NCBI GenBank assembly: GCA_020523885.1
Contig: JAJAPY010000002.1
Location: 236,023 to 300,022, forward strand
Source of the DNA: Candidatus Liberimonas magnetica
GTDB lineage: Bacteria > Elusimicrobiota > Endomicrobiia > Endomicrobiales > JAFGIL01
DNA: 64,000 nucleotides
Reading direction: 5' to 3'
Shown: positions 55,502 through 63,054 of the stretch, piece by piece
How the letters are laid out: each line of letters begins with the position of its first letter
Position numbering within the stretch: the stretch's first letter is position 1
Translations under genes and position numbers: made by a program
Notes under the pieces: model-generated
What the model was told of the DNA's origin: nothing
The model's database searches: none
What the model saw: only the letters and a program-made list of their open reading frames with translations

Positions 55502-56940
55502 AGATACTTTTAATATTCCCGAAATGGACACAAGAATACGGAATGATAACTTACTTTGCCAGAAAAGCGTCTGTCTGGCCGCCTTTAAACCTTGCATATC
55601 TTGCAGCTATAGCCGAAGATCAGGGGCACACTGTAAAGATAATAGACGGCGAGGCCGAAGACCTACCGGTTGAAAAGATGGTCGTTGAAGCCGGAAAATT
55701 TGCGCCCGATATTATCGGTATGACCGCTACTACGCCGTTCTTCAGGTTTTCGCTTGAGCTTGCAAAGCGCCTTAAATCAAACTTTAGCAAAGTACCCATA
55801 GTTATCGGCGGGCCGCATATATCGGTCTTGAAAAAGGAAGCTTTTTATGATTGTTTCGATTATGGCTTCATAGGAGAATCCGACGGGTCCTGGCAGCTTT
55901 TTTTAAAATGCATAGAAAATAAAGGAGATATAAGCCAGATAAAGGGGATTCTATACAGGGAAAAAGAAGAAGTGAAGTTTACCGGCCAGCCTGACCTGAT
56001 AGCGGATGTAGATTCAATTCCTGTACCTGCGCGGCATTTGTTAAAACTTAACCGGTATAATATAGGCACGCTGCACGGCACTAAGAATTTTACTACGGTA
56101 ATGACTTCAAGAGGGTGCCCGTTCAAGTGTATCTTCTGCAGTACTGATGTCTTTGGCAAAAAGCTCAGGCAAAGGTCAATAGGCCTTGTAATTGACGAGA
56201 TAACTTCGATAATATCGAAGTTTAACATAAGGCATATTATATTCCTTGATGACACATTAACTATAGACAAAAAGTACATAATGGAGTTATGCGATAATAT
56301 AATAAGCCGAAAGTTGAACATAACGTTCGACTGCGGGACAAGGGCAAACCTTGTAGACGAAGAATTGATAAAAAAAATGGCAGAGGCAGGCCTTATCAGG
56401 ATATCCTTCGGCCTTGAGTCGGTAGATGAAAACATAAGAAGGATAATGAAAAAAGAGGTGCCGCTTGAAAGTTATAAAAAGGCCAATGAAATAACCAATA
56501 GGTACAATATCGAAACGTTAAATTCGTGCATGATAGGCCTCCCGGGAAAAACGAAGGAAACGGTGCGCAACACCCTTCATTTCCTTAGGAGTTCAAAAGA
56601 AATAAAACAGGCCAATATAAGCATTGCCGTGCCGTATCCGGGGACCGAACTTTATGAGATGGCAAAGAAAGGCGAGCACGCCTTGAAACTGGAAACAAAT
56701 GATTTTTCAAAGTTCATCCGGTACGGCGGCGCCGTTATGTCGGTCGGCAGCCTGTCACCGCAGGAGCTTATCAGGATACAGAACGATGCTTTTATAAGCA
56801 TATATCTGGCGCCCTGGAGATGGGTACCGGTCTTAAGGAAATCCGGCGTGATAGGTTTGTTCCTTACGTTTTTGAGGTTCATAAAAAGTTTTCAAAGGGT
56901 GATCTTAAACACGGACGGATTTTTTTGGTTCAAAGACTGA
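55498..56940 (+). CDS. B12-binding-domain radical SAM enzyme (class B), paralogue
   Basis: 480 aa. MTSRGCPFKCIFC cluster motif and an N-terminal B12-like domain. ATGA overlap with the upstream gene. Confidence 0.85.
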   Translation: MKILLIFPKWTQEYGMITYFARKASVWPPLNLAYLAAIAEDQGHTVKIIDGEAEDLPVEKMVVEAGKFAPDIIGMTATTPFFRFSLELAKRLKSNFSKVPIVIGGPHISVLKKEAFYDCFDYGFIGESDGSWQLFLKCIENKGDISQIKGILYREKEEVKFTGQPDLIADVDSIPVPARHLLKLNRYNIGTLHGTKNFTTVMTSRGCPFKCIFCSTDVFGKKLRQRSIGLVIDEITSIISKFNIRHIIFLDDTLTIDKKYIMELCDNIISRKLNITFDCGTRANLVDEELIKKMAEAGLIRISFGLESVDENIRRIMKKEVPLESYKKANEITNRYNIETLNSCMIGLPGKTKETVRNTLHFLRSSKEIKQANISIAVPYPGTELYEMAKKGEHALKLETNDFSKFIRYGGAVMSVGSLSPQELIRIQNDAFISIYLAPWRWVPVLRKSGVIGLFLTFLRFIKSFQRVILNTDGFFWFKD

Positions 56941-56956
56941 TATAGTTGATATTAAT

Positions 56957-57547
56957 TTGGAGGCGGAAATGGAAGAAGAGAAAATAATTAAGATGCTCAG
57001 CGACCTTAAGCACCGCGTATTTCCGAGGCCTTTTGAAAGGTTGGCTGTTTCCGGGAAGAACCTGACTGGTGTTGAAATAGGGGTATATAAAGCAGACCAT
57101 GCCGAGAGCCTTCTTGAGAATCTGGATATAAGACGGCTCTATTTAGTCGATCCCTATAACCTATACGGGGATTATGACGCGGGCAAAGCTCATTATGGTA
57201 TAGACCAGGACCCTCTTGAGCTGGCAAAAAAAGAAGCTGTAAAACGCTTAAGCAGGTTCTCAGATAAAATATCCTGGGTTTACAAGAAATCATCGGACTC
57301 GATGAACGATATACCGGACGGCCTTGATTTCGTTTACCTTGACGGTAATCACGGAGAAGCTTTTGTTAACGAGGAATTAATAAATTTTTACCCTAAAATC
57401 CGCAAAGGCGGTGTTATAGGCGGGCACGATTTTTATAACGGATTTTGCAGGGAACATGACGGAGTAGTCCAGGCAGTCACCAAGTATGCCGTAAAAAACG
57501 GGCTGGTTCTACAGGTTGAATTGCCTGACTGGTGGATAATAAAATAG
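56957..57547 (+). CDS. Class I SAM-dependent methyltransferase (Methyltransf_24-like)
   Basis: 196 aa. GVEIGVYKADHA (motif I-like), DFVYLDGNH, GGVIGGHDF. Start is TTG at 56957 or ATG at 56969. Confidence 0.6.
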   Translation: MEAEMEEEKIIKMLSDLKHRVFPRPFERLAVSGKNLTGVEIGVYKADHAESLLENLDIRRLYLVDPYNLYGDYDAGKAHYGIDQDPLELAKKEAVKRLSRFSDKISWVYKKSSDSMNDIPDGLDFVYLDGNHGEAFVNEELINFYPKIRKGGVIGGHDFYNGFCREHDGVVQAVTKYAVKNGLVLQVELPDWWIIK

Positions 57548-57559
57548 AGGTAAATAATT

Positions 57560-58777
57560 ATGCAGTCAATTTTTGGCGATAAAAATTTGTTATTGCTGTA
57601 TTGTGACGATAACAATCAGAATCATAAATTCCACCTGGATATATTATCCGAATACTTCAAGGAAAGCTTCAGGTTAAATATCGTCAAACAGGTTATTGAT
57701 AACGGGATAGGAAAAACTCAGGATCATATCAGGCACATAATCGATAATAAAGGTATTTCGGTAGTTATCGTATTCCCGTACGTGACCAATTTCGATATCC
57801 CTGTGGAATTTTATGCCTCGCTCAGAAATAAAGTGAACCTGGCCCTCTGGCTGTTCGATGACGACCAGTATTTCAATGCCTATAATAAATACTATGCCCA
57901 GGCTTTCGATACTCTGGCTACGATGGACTACTTAAGCGTATTTGCCTACAAGAACATCGGGATACCTGCAGTGCTTTATTTTGCATCGCATTTAAAAGAA
58001 CGTTACCATCCGGTAAACATAAAAAAGGATATAGATGTATGTTTCGTAGGTGACTGCAAAAAGAACGACCGTATGGAATACATTCAGTATCTCGCGGAAA
58101 ATAAAATAAAAATAAAGGCTTTTGGCAGAGGGTCAAATTACGGTTTCCTCGAATGGGATAAATTCTCGGAGACTTTTTCAAGAAGCAGGATAAACCTTAA
58201 TTTTACAAAGATAGATAAACTTAACTGGCTGAATAAAGATGACCCGCTGTTGAAAAATGCAAGGCAGGCAAAAGCAAGGCCGATAGAAATAGCGCTGACG
58301 GGCTCGTTCTGCCTGTCAGAATATTCTCCGCAATTAAACGCTATGTTTGAAATAGGAAAAGAAATAGACGTTTTCGGAAACAAAAAAGAACTTCTTGAGA
58401 AAGTGAACTATTACCTGTCCAACCCGGAAAAGCTGGATGAGCTAGCAAAAAATTCTTATCAAAGAGCCCTAAACAACTACGAAAGCAGGGTCTATATACC
58501 TCGCGTCTTAAATGAGTTCCAAAAAGCTTTTAAGAGGGATAATATAAATTATTTTGATAAAGATAAAATATATTTAAGCAACAGTTTTAAGTTAAAATCA
58601 ATAATCGGGTTGACTTTTACGGTTTTTGTCCAACTTTCCAGGCTTAAGCTGTTTAATGCTTTGGAAACATTTTTGGGGCTGTTTAAATACGGGCCCGTTT
58701 TATTTTTAAAAGGGTTTTATTTGGGCGCTATAAGGGTATTTGCTAACAGGTGGCACAAATATTTCGCAGCAAATTAA
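57560..58777 (+). CDS. CgeB-like putative glycosyltransferase, paralogue of 54281-55501
   Basis: 405 aa. Colinear with the first copy (DVCFVGDCKKNDRMEYIQYL; ARPIEIALTGSFCLSEY...FEIGKEIDVFGNKKELLEKVNYYL). Confidence 0.45.
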   Translation: MQSIFGDKNLLLLYCDDNNQNHKFHLDILSEYFKESFRLNIVKQVIDNGIGKTQDHIRHIIDNKGISVVIVFPYVTNFDIPVEFYASLRNKVNLALWLFDDDQYFNAYNKYYAQAFDTLATMDYLSVFAYKNIGIPAVLYFASHLKERYHPVNIKKDIDVCFVGDCKKNDRMEYIQYLAENKIKIKAFGRGSNYGFLEWDKFSETFSRSRINLNFTKIDKLNWLNKDDPLLKNARQAKARPIEIALTGSFCLSEYSPQLNAMFEIGKEIDVFGNKKELLEKVNYYLSNPEKLDELAKNSYQRALNNYESRVYIPRVLNEFQKAFKRDNINYFDKDKIYLSNSFKLKSIIGLTFTVFVQLSRLKLFNALETFLGLFKYGPVLFLKGFYLGAIRVFANRWHKYFAAN

Positions 58778-58810
58778 GGTTTAAAAAAATATTATTAAAG
58801 GGTGTAAAAC

Positions 58811-60010
58811 ATGAATAAAATAAGGTATCCGTTCGGAACGATAACGATTACCAAAAAAGCGAAAATACTGGCAAACAAAATACTTAACTCAGGAAGGCTA
58901 TCAGGCGGGAAATATGTAAGGGAATTTGAAAAAAGGTTCGCAGAGCTTGTCGGGACAAAAGAGGCTGTAGCCGTATCTTCCGGCACTGATGCCGACACAC
59001 TGGCTATGGCTGTGCTTTATGATTACGGCGCAAAAAGAGGAGATGAGGTAATAGTGCCTGCCTTGTCATTTGCCGCCACGGGGAATTCCGTGCTGCATGC
59101 GGGGTTTATCCCGAAATTCGTAGATATAAAAAGGCATACCCTTAATATAGATGAAACAAGAATAGAAAAAGCCGTAACCAAAAAAACAAAGGCTATACTG
59201 GCTGTCCACCTTATGGGCAAACCGGCTGAAATGGACACTATAAATAAGATAGCAAAAAAACACGGCCTTCTGGTTATTGAAGATGCCGCTGAAGCTCAAA
59301 GCGCTGTTTATAAAGGGAAAAATATCGGAACTATAGGCGACATGGCTGCTTTCAGCCTGTACATTGCACATATAATTTCAACAATAGAGGGGGGCATAGT
59401 AACCACCAATAATACACGGTATGCCGAAATCTTGAGGTCTCTAAGGGCGCACGGAAGGGCCTGCGACTGTAATATCTGTGTGCTTAACACAACCGGGGCA
59501 GAATGCAAAAAAAGGTTTAAATACAAAACCGATATCCGTTTCATTTTTGAGCGTATAGGTTATTCTGCAAAGATGAACGAGATAGAAGCAGCCGTAGGGC
59601 TTGGCTATCTTGAAATATATCCTGAGATATTCAAAAAAAGAATGGATAATTTTGTTTATTTAAACAAACAGTTTAAACAGTTCAATAATTATTTATTTAC
59701 AATCGTTCAAGAGCCTTACGAAAAAATGGCTCCCTACTGTTTTGCGGTTATACTTAAAGAGGGGGTAAAGTTCACCCGCGATGAGCTGGTCAGTTACCTT
59801 GAAATAAACGGCATAGATACACGGACGCTTTTCCAGTCTATGCCGACCCAGTGCAAAGGGTTTGAATTCTTAGGCTACAAAACCGGCGAATTTCCCGAAG
59901 CAGAATACATCGGTAATAACGGTTTTCATATAGGCACACACCAGGATATCGCAAAACCTCAGATAGATTATTTTATCGCATTGCTGGATAAGTTTTTGAA
60001 GAAAAAGTAA
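58811..60010 (+). CDS. DegT/DnrJ/EryC1-fold PLP/PMP enzyme of the ColD/E1 (sugar 3-dehydratase) type
   Basis: 399 aa. The fold-type I sugar aminotransferase pattern is present, but the Schiff-base Lys position is His (FSLYIAHIISTIEGG). LRSLRAHGRA and FHIGTHQ resemble the ColD blocks IRAHGW and FVGNHQ. Confidence 0.7.
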   Translation: MNKIRYPFGTITITKKAKILANKILNSGRLSGGKYVREFEKRFAELVGTKEAVAVSSGTDADTLAMAVLYDYGAKRGDEVIVPALSFAATGNSVLHAGFIPKFVDIKRHTLNIDETRIEKAVTKKTKAILAVHLMGKPAEMDTINKIAKKHGLLVIEDAAEAQSAVYKGKNIGTIGDMAAFSLYIAHIISTIEGGIVTTNNTRYAEILRSLRAHGRACDCNICVLNTTGAECKKRFKYKTDIRFIFERIGYSAKMNEIEAAVGLGYLEIYPEIFKKRMDNFVYLNKQFKQFNNYLFTIVQEPYEKMAPYCFAVILKEGVKFTRDELVSYLEINGIDTRTLFQSMPTQCKGFEFLGYKTGEFPEAEYIGNNGFHIGTHQDIAKPQIDYFIALLDKFLKKK

Positions 60011-60041
60011 AAAGAATGGAAGGAATGTTGAGTCAAAGAAA

Positions 60042-60073
60042 ATAAGCCAAGTTTGTCAAGTCTGACACGGAAA
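60042..60073 (+). repeat. 32-nt direct repeat, copy 1 (ATAAGCCAAGTTTGTCAAGTCTGACACGGAAA)
   Basis: Matches 62721-62752 at 31 of 32 positions. Confidence 0.8.
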
Positions 60074-60099
60074 TCCGGAAATTGATGTAAAAAAGGTGT

Positions 60100-62050
60100 C
60101 ATTCCCGAAATTTGTTATTGGAAATATGGGACATACTACAATAACAAGTCAAGAGCGTAGCGCACCTGTCCCAGAATTTGGGGCAAAAAATTAGTAATAT
60201 AGCTTTAAAGAACCGATGGTCTTTCACAACAGAAGGAACGAACCTTGAAATCGTTGTGTAAATCCTGCGTTAAAGATAAACTTTACGCTGATTATACTTT
60301 ACCCTAAGTGAAAAGTTCCGGTGAAAGCCCCAAATTGTCCCCTACAGGGTCAAACCCTAACGTTGTCTAAGACGGGGTCATCCACCGGAACATTAAATTG
60401 ATTTATATCAAACGGCGCATTATTTTTAAGCATAACGAAAGCAGTTCGAAGGAATTTTTCAACGAATTTGATTTTAAGTTTAGCTTTAGCAGTTTTTGAA
60501 TTACCCCGTTCTTTCAATTTGTCCTGAAACATTTGCCTGATAATCTTGTTTTTTGCTATGGCAATATTTGCGGCTTGGCATACGGCATAACGAAGCAGGG
60601 AATTCCCTTTTTTAGATATTTTCTCTTTACCCTGGAATTTACCGGATGACATGGTTTCTATATCCAGGCCTGCGAATTTAGTGATTTGCCTGTCACTGAT
60701 AAAGTTGTCAATGTTTATGTTTGATTTAAAAACCGAAGTGGTAAATATGCCATAACCGGGGATAGACAATAATTGACGGTAAACATCGTCTTGCATACAG
60801 AAGGCAAACAGGATTTTATCTATTTCAGCAATATCTTTTTTCGTTCTTTGAATATCACGGGCAATCAATTTGGATTCAAGTATTATTGCTGACGGCATAG
60901 GAAAGCCAATAGATGTTTTAGCGGCTTGCCAGGTTTGGGTCAATCGTAAATATCTTTTACTTTTTTGGCTAACTGACAATGAAAAGATGCTCATAAAATA
61001 CTGAAAATCCATTTTTTTAATGTTGTCACTGGAAGGGCAATGCTCAAGCAAAGTTAAAACATCAGGGTCTTCGGCGTTAGGGAATATATTTCCGAGTTCT
61101 GGAAAATGGCAAGTCCAGATATTATTTTGAATACGTGTTTTAAGCGATGTTTTTGTTTTCATTAACCGTTGCCTTAGAAGCAAATACTTGCGAATGTTTG
61201 AGGCTTGCGTGTTTTCATCACGGTAGAACATGATTTTGCCCTGGCGCATTAAATCTGCGACATTATAGGCATCGCGAGGGTCATTTTTACCCCAGCGGCC
61301 GCCGTCAATAGTTTTACGGTTGCTTTTAGCGGCAACAGAAGATACATAAACCACCAGATAGCCTTTGCTTTTCAGATATTCGGACAAAGGCTTATGATAA
61401 TTAGCTGTTGGTTCAACACCAATGATAACACTTTTAAGGTTATTCATTTCCATTGTTTGCTCGATTTTGTAAGTGAACTTTTGAAAATCTTCAAGATTAT
61501 GATTAACATAGTATTTTCTTAAAAGAATTTCCTTTTCTATGTTATAGAAACAGGCAACTGACGAATTTTTAGCTGCATCAATACCGATAAGCAGATAATC
61601 CTTGTTCTTTTGAATCTCTGGTCTTACTTGACGAAACTGTTCGACTTTGGATATACTTTGCATGAGCCGCCTCCTTGTTAGGTTTGTTCTTGCAAACTTA
61701 CTCTAACACAGGTGGCTCGCTTTTTTCAAGTTCTTAGCTCTTTCTTTTAAAGTTTAAAATGATTTTTCAAGGTCTTTTTAAAATCAATGTCGACTGCTCT
61801 AAGGGGAAATCCTTTCCCCTTAAACCCCTTGGATTACATCTTAAACTACAAAGAAAGACCTAAATTCATTATACAACGTTGTTCGGCATTACGGTATTGG
61901 AATGAATACCGAATTACCTAACTACGTCCCCAAGACCCAAATCTTTTCAGGTGCCAGTTTAATTAAAACAATTACCGATGCTGAATTGGTAACGAAATAA
62001 GGGACAAATAAGCAATTGTTAGCAACAAGGAACCATTACCGGCCCCGCGG
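60100..62050 (-). mobile_element. IS110-family insertion sequence (ends NOT determined; coordinates approximate)
   Basis: DEDD-type transposase gene flanked by 339 nt (3' side) and 417 nt (5' side) of ORF-free, hairpin-rich sequence. No terminal inverted repeats are evident, as expected for this family. Confidence 0.4.
60350..61663 (-). CDS. IS110-family (DEDD/RuvC-like + Transposase_20) transposase/recombinase
   Basis: 437 aa. LLIGIDAAKNSSVA N-terminal DEDD motif, IPGYGIFTTSVF helix-hairpin-helix region, SGKFQGKEKISKKGNSLLRYAVCQAA. Confidence 0.85.
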   Translation of the reverse strand: MQSISKVEQFRQVRPEIQKNKDYLLIGIDAAKNSSVACFYNIEKEILLRKYYVNHNLEDFQKFTYKIEQTMEMNNLKSVIIGVEPTANYHKPLSEYLKSKGYLVVYVSSVAAKSNRKTIDGGRWGKNDPRDAYNVADLMRQGKIMFYRDENTQASNIRKYLLLRQRLMKTKTSLKTRIQNNIWTCHFPELGNIFPNAEDPDVLTLLEHCPSSDNIKKMDFQYFMSIFSLSVSQKSKRYLRLTQTWQAAKTSIGFPMPSAIILESKLIARDIQRTKKDIAEIDKILFAFCMQDDVYRQLLSIPGYGIFTTSVFKSNINIDNFISDRQITKFAGLDIETMSSGKFQGKEKISKKGNSLLRYAVCQAANIAIAKNKIIRQMFQDKLKERGNSKTAKAKLKIKFVEKFLRTAFVMLKNNAPFDINQFNVPVDDPVLDNVRV

Positions 62051-62080
62051 CGGTAATGCAAAATATAAATAGGAGAGGTT

Positions 62081-62668
62081 ATGAAATTCGGATCATGTCT
62101 GGCGGCAGGGTTGTCTATGCTGGTTGTTTTATGCTGTGGAGTTTCTGCAGATACGCACCTGAATATTCAAAACAATTTTGGCTACACAATTGTAGACGTA
62201 GGTAAAGCCATGGATATACCCGCGCTTTCTGACATTACCGGGCAGGGGCTGAATGACTGGGATCAGTTTAACTATAGAATACTGGGACAGCTTATAATCG
62301 ACAAGTCCGATAAGCTTTCCTGGGGGCCTGAAATTGGTTTGCACAGGCTTTATTACTGGGAGGAGAAATACAAACCGTTATCGACATCCAGCCAGAGATG
62401 GCGCTCAGGCGCTGTATGGAGTTTTGAGGCAGGAGCTGTGATGCGTTATGAGCTCGGCCAGAACTACTATTTCTTGACCGGCATTGCGCTTCATAATTTC
62501 CTGAATGATTCAGGGACAACGCTTGGTGTACCGATTGCTCTCGGCCATGAAATAAAAATGTCCCGCTCGTTTGGCGTGCCCCTGGAGTTCCGTATGGACA
62601 TAATATTCGGCAACAGCACCCCGATAGGCATCGGCGGCGGCATAGGCCTTAAGTTTAAGGTAAAATGA
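62081..62668 (+). CDS. Small outer-membrane beta-barrel-like protein (195 aa)
   Basis: Signal peptide MKFGSCLAAGLSMLVVLCCGVSA, alternating aromatic/Gly beta-strand pattern, and a C-terminal GIGLKFKVK. RBS GGAGAGG. Confidence 0.45.
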   Translation: MKFGSCLAAGLSMLVVLCCGVSADTHLNIQNNFGYTIVDVGKAMDIPALSDITGQGLNDWDQFNYRILGQLIIDKSDKLSWGPEIGLHRLYYWEEKYKPLSTSSQRWRSGAVWSFEAGAVMRYELGQNYYFLTGIALHNFLNDSGTTLGVPIALGHEIKMSRSFGVPLEFRMDIIFGNSTPIGIGGGIGLKFKVK

Positions 62669-62720
62669 AATAAAACAGGGTAACCTGGCAAGACAGAAAA
62701 ATGCGGGAATTTCTGCCTGC

Positions 62721-62752
62721 ATAAGTCAAGTTTGTCAAGTCTGACACGGAAA
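62721..62752 (+). repeat. 32-nt direct repeat, copy 2 (ATAAGTCAAGTTTGTCAAGTCTGACACGGAAA)
   Basis: See copy 1. The two copies are 2679 bp apart and bracket the IS110 gene and the small barrel gene. Confidence 0.8.
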
Positions 62753-62760
62753 CACAAAAA

Positions 62761-62927
62761 GTTAGTGAAGTTAGAGAAGCCTGACACCGAAAGCGACAGT
62801 TAGAGAAGCCTGACACCGAAAGCGACACCGAAAGCTATGGGAATTCGGGGGACACAATACTTATTTACGTCTAAGAATGTGACTTATTCAAAAGAAAACG
62901 GTGTCGGAATTCTCTAACTACACTAAC
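62761..62927. repeat. MITE-like unit: 29-bp imperfect terminal inverted repeats enclosing a 29-nt tandem duplication
   Basis: GTTAGTGAAGTTAGAGAAGCCTGACACCG at 62761-89 matches the reverse complement of 62899-927 at 25 of 29 positions. GTTAGAGAAGCCTGACACCGAAAGCGACA is repeated at 62770-98 and 62799-827. Confidence 0.6.
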
Positions 62928-63054
62928 TTTAAAAGTATTTAAATAGAGGCATTCAGAAGAACATAACTAATTTTAGAGTAAAATATGGTAATAGTATTGC
63001 AATGTTAAGCCAAATATATTACAATAGTGTTGTAATGTATTTGGGAGGTTTAAA

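Noticed and set aside
55860-56435. 191-aa antisense ORF inside the second radical-SAM gene. Similar long shadow ORFs occur at 41442-41858, 51579-52043, 19987-20442, 9283-9720 and 1272-1637.
   Set aside because: All lie fully inside well-supported sense genes on the opposite strand. They are S/F/L-rich with no recognisable motifs, which is typical of antisense frames of AT-rich, K/E-rich coding sequence.
62770-62835. Tandem 29-nt repeats considered as a possible CRISPR array.
   Set aside because: There are only about 2.3 directly abutting copies with no spacers and no cas genes nearby. They sit inside a unit with terminal inverted repeats, so a MITE-like tandem duplication is the better reading.
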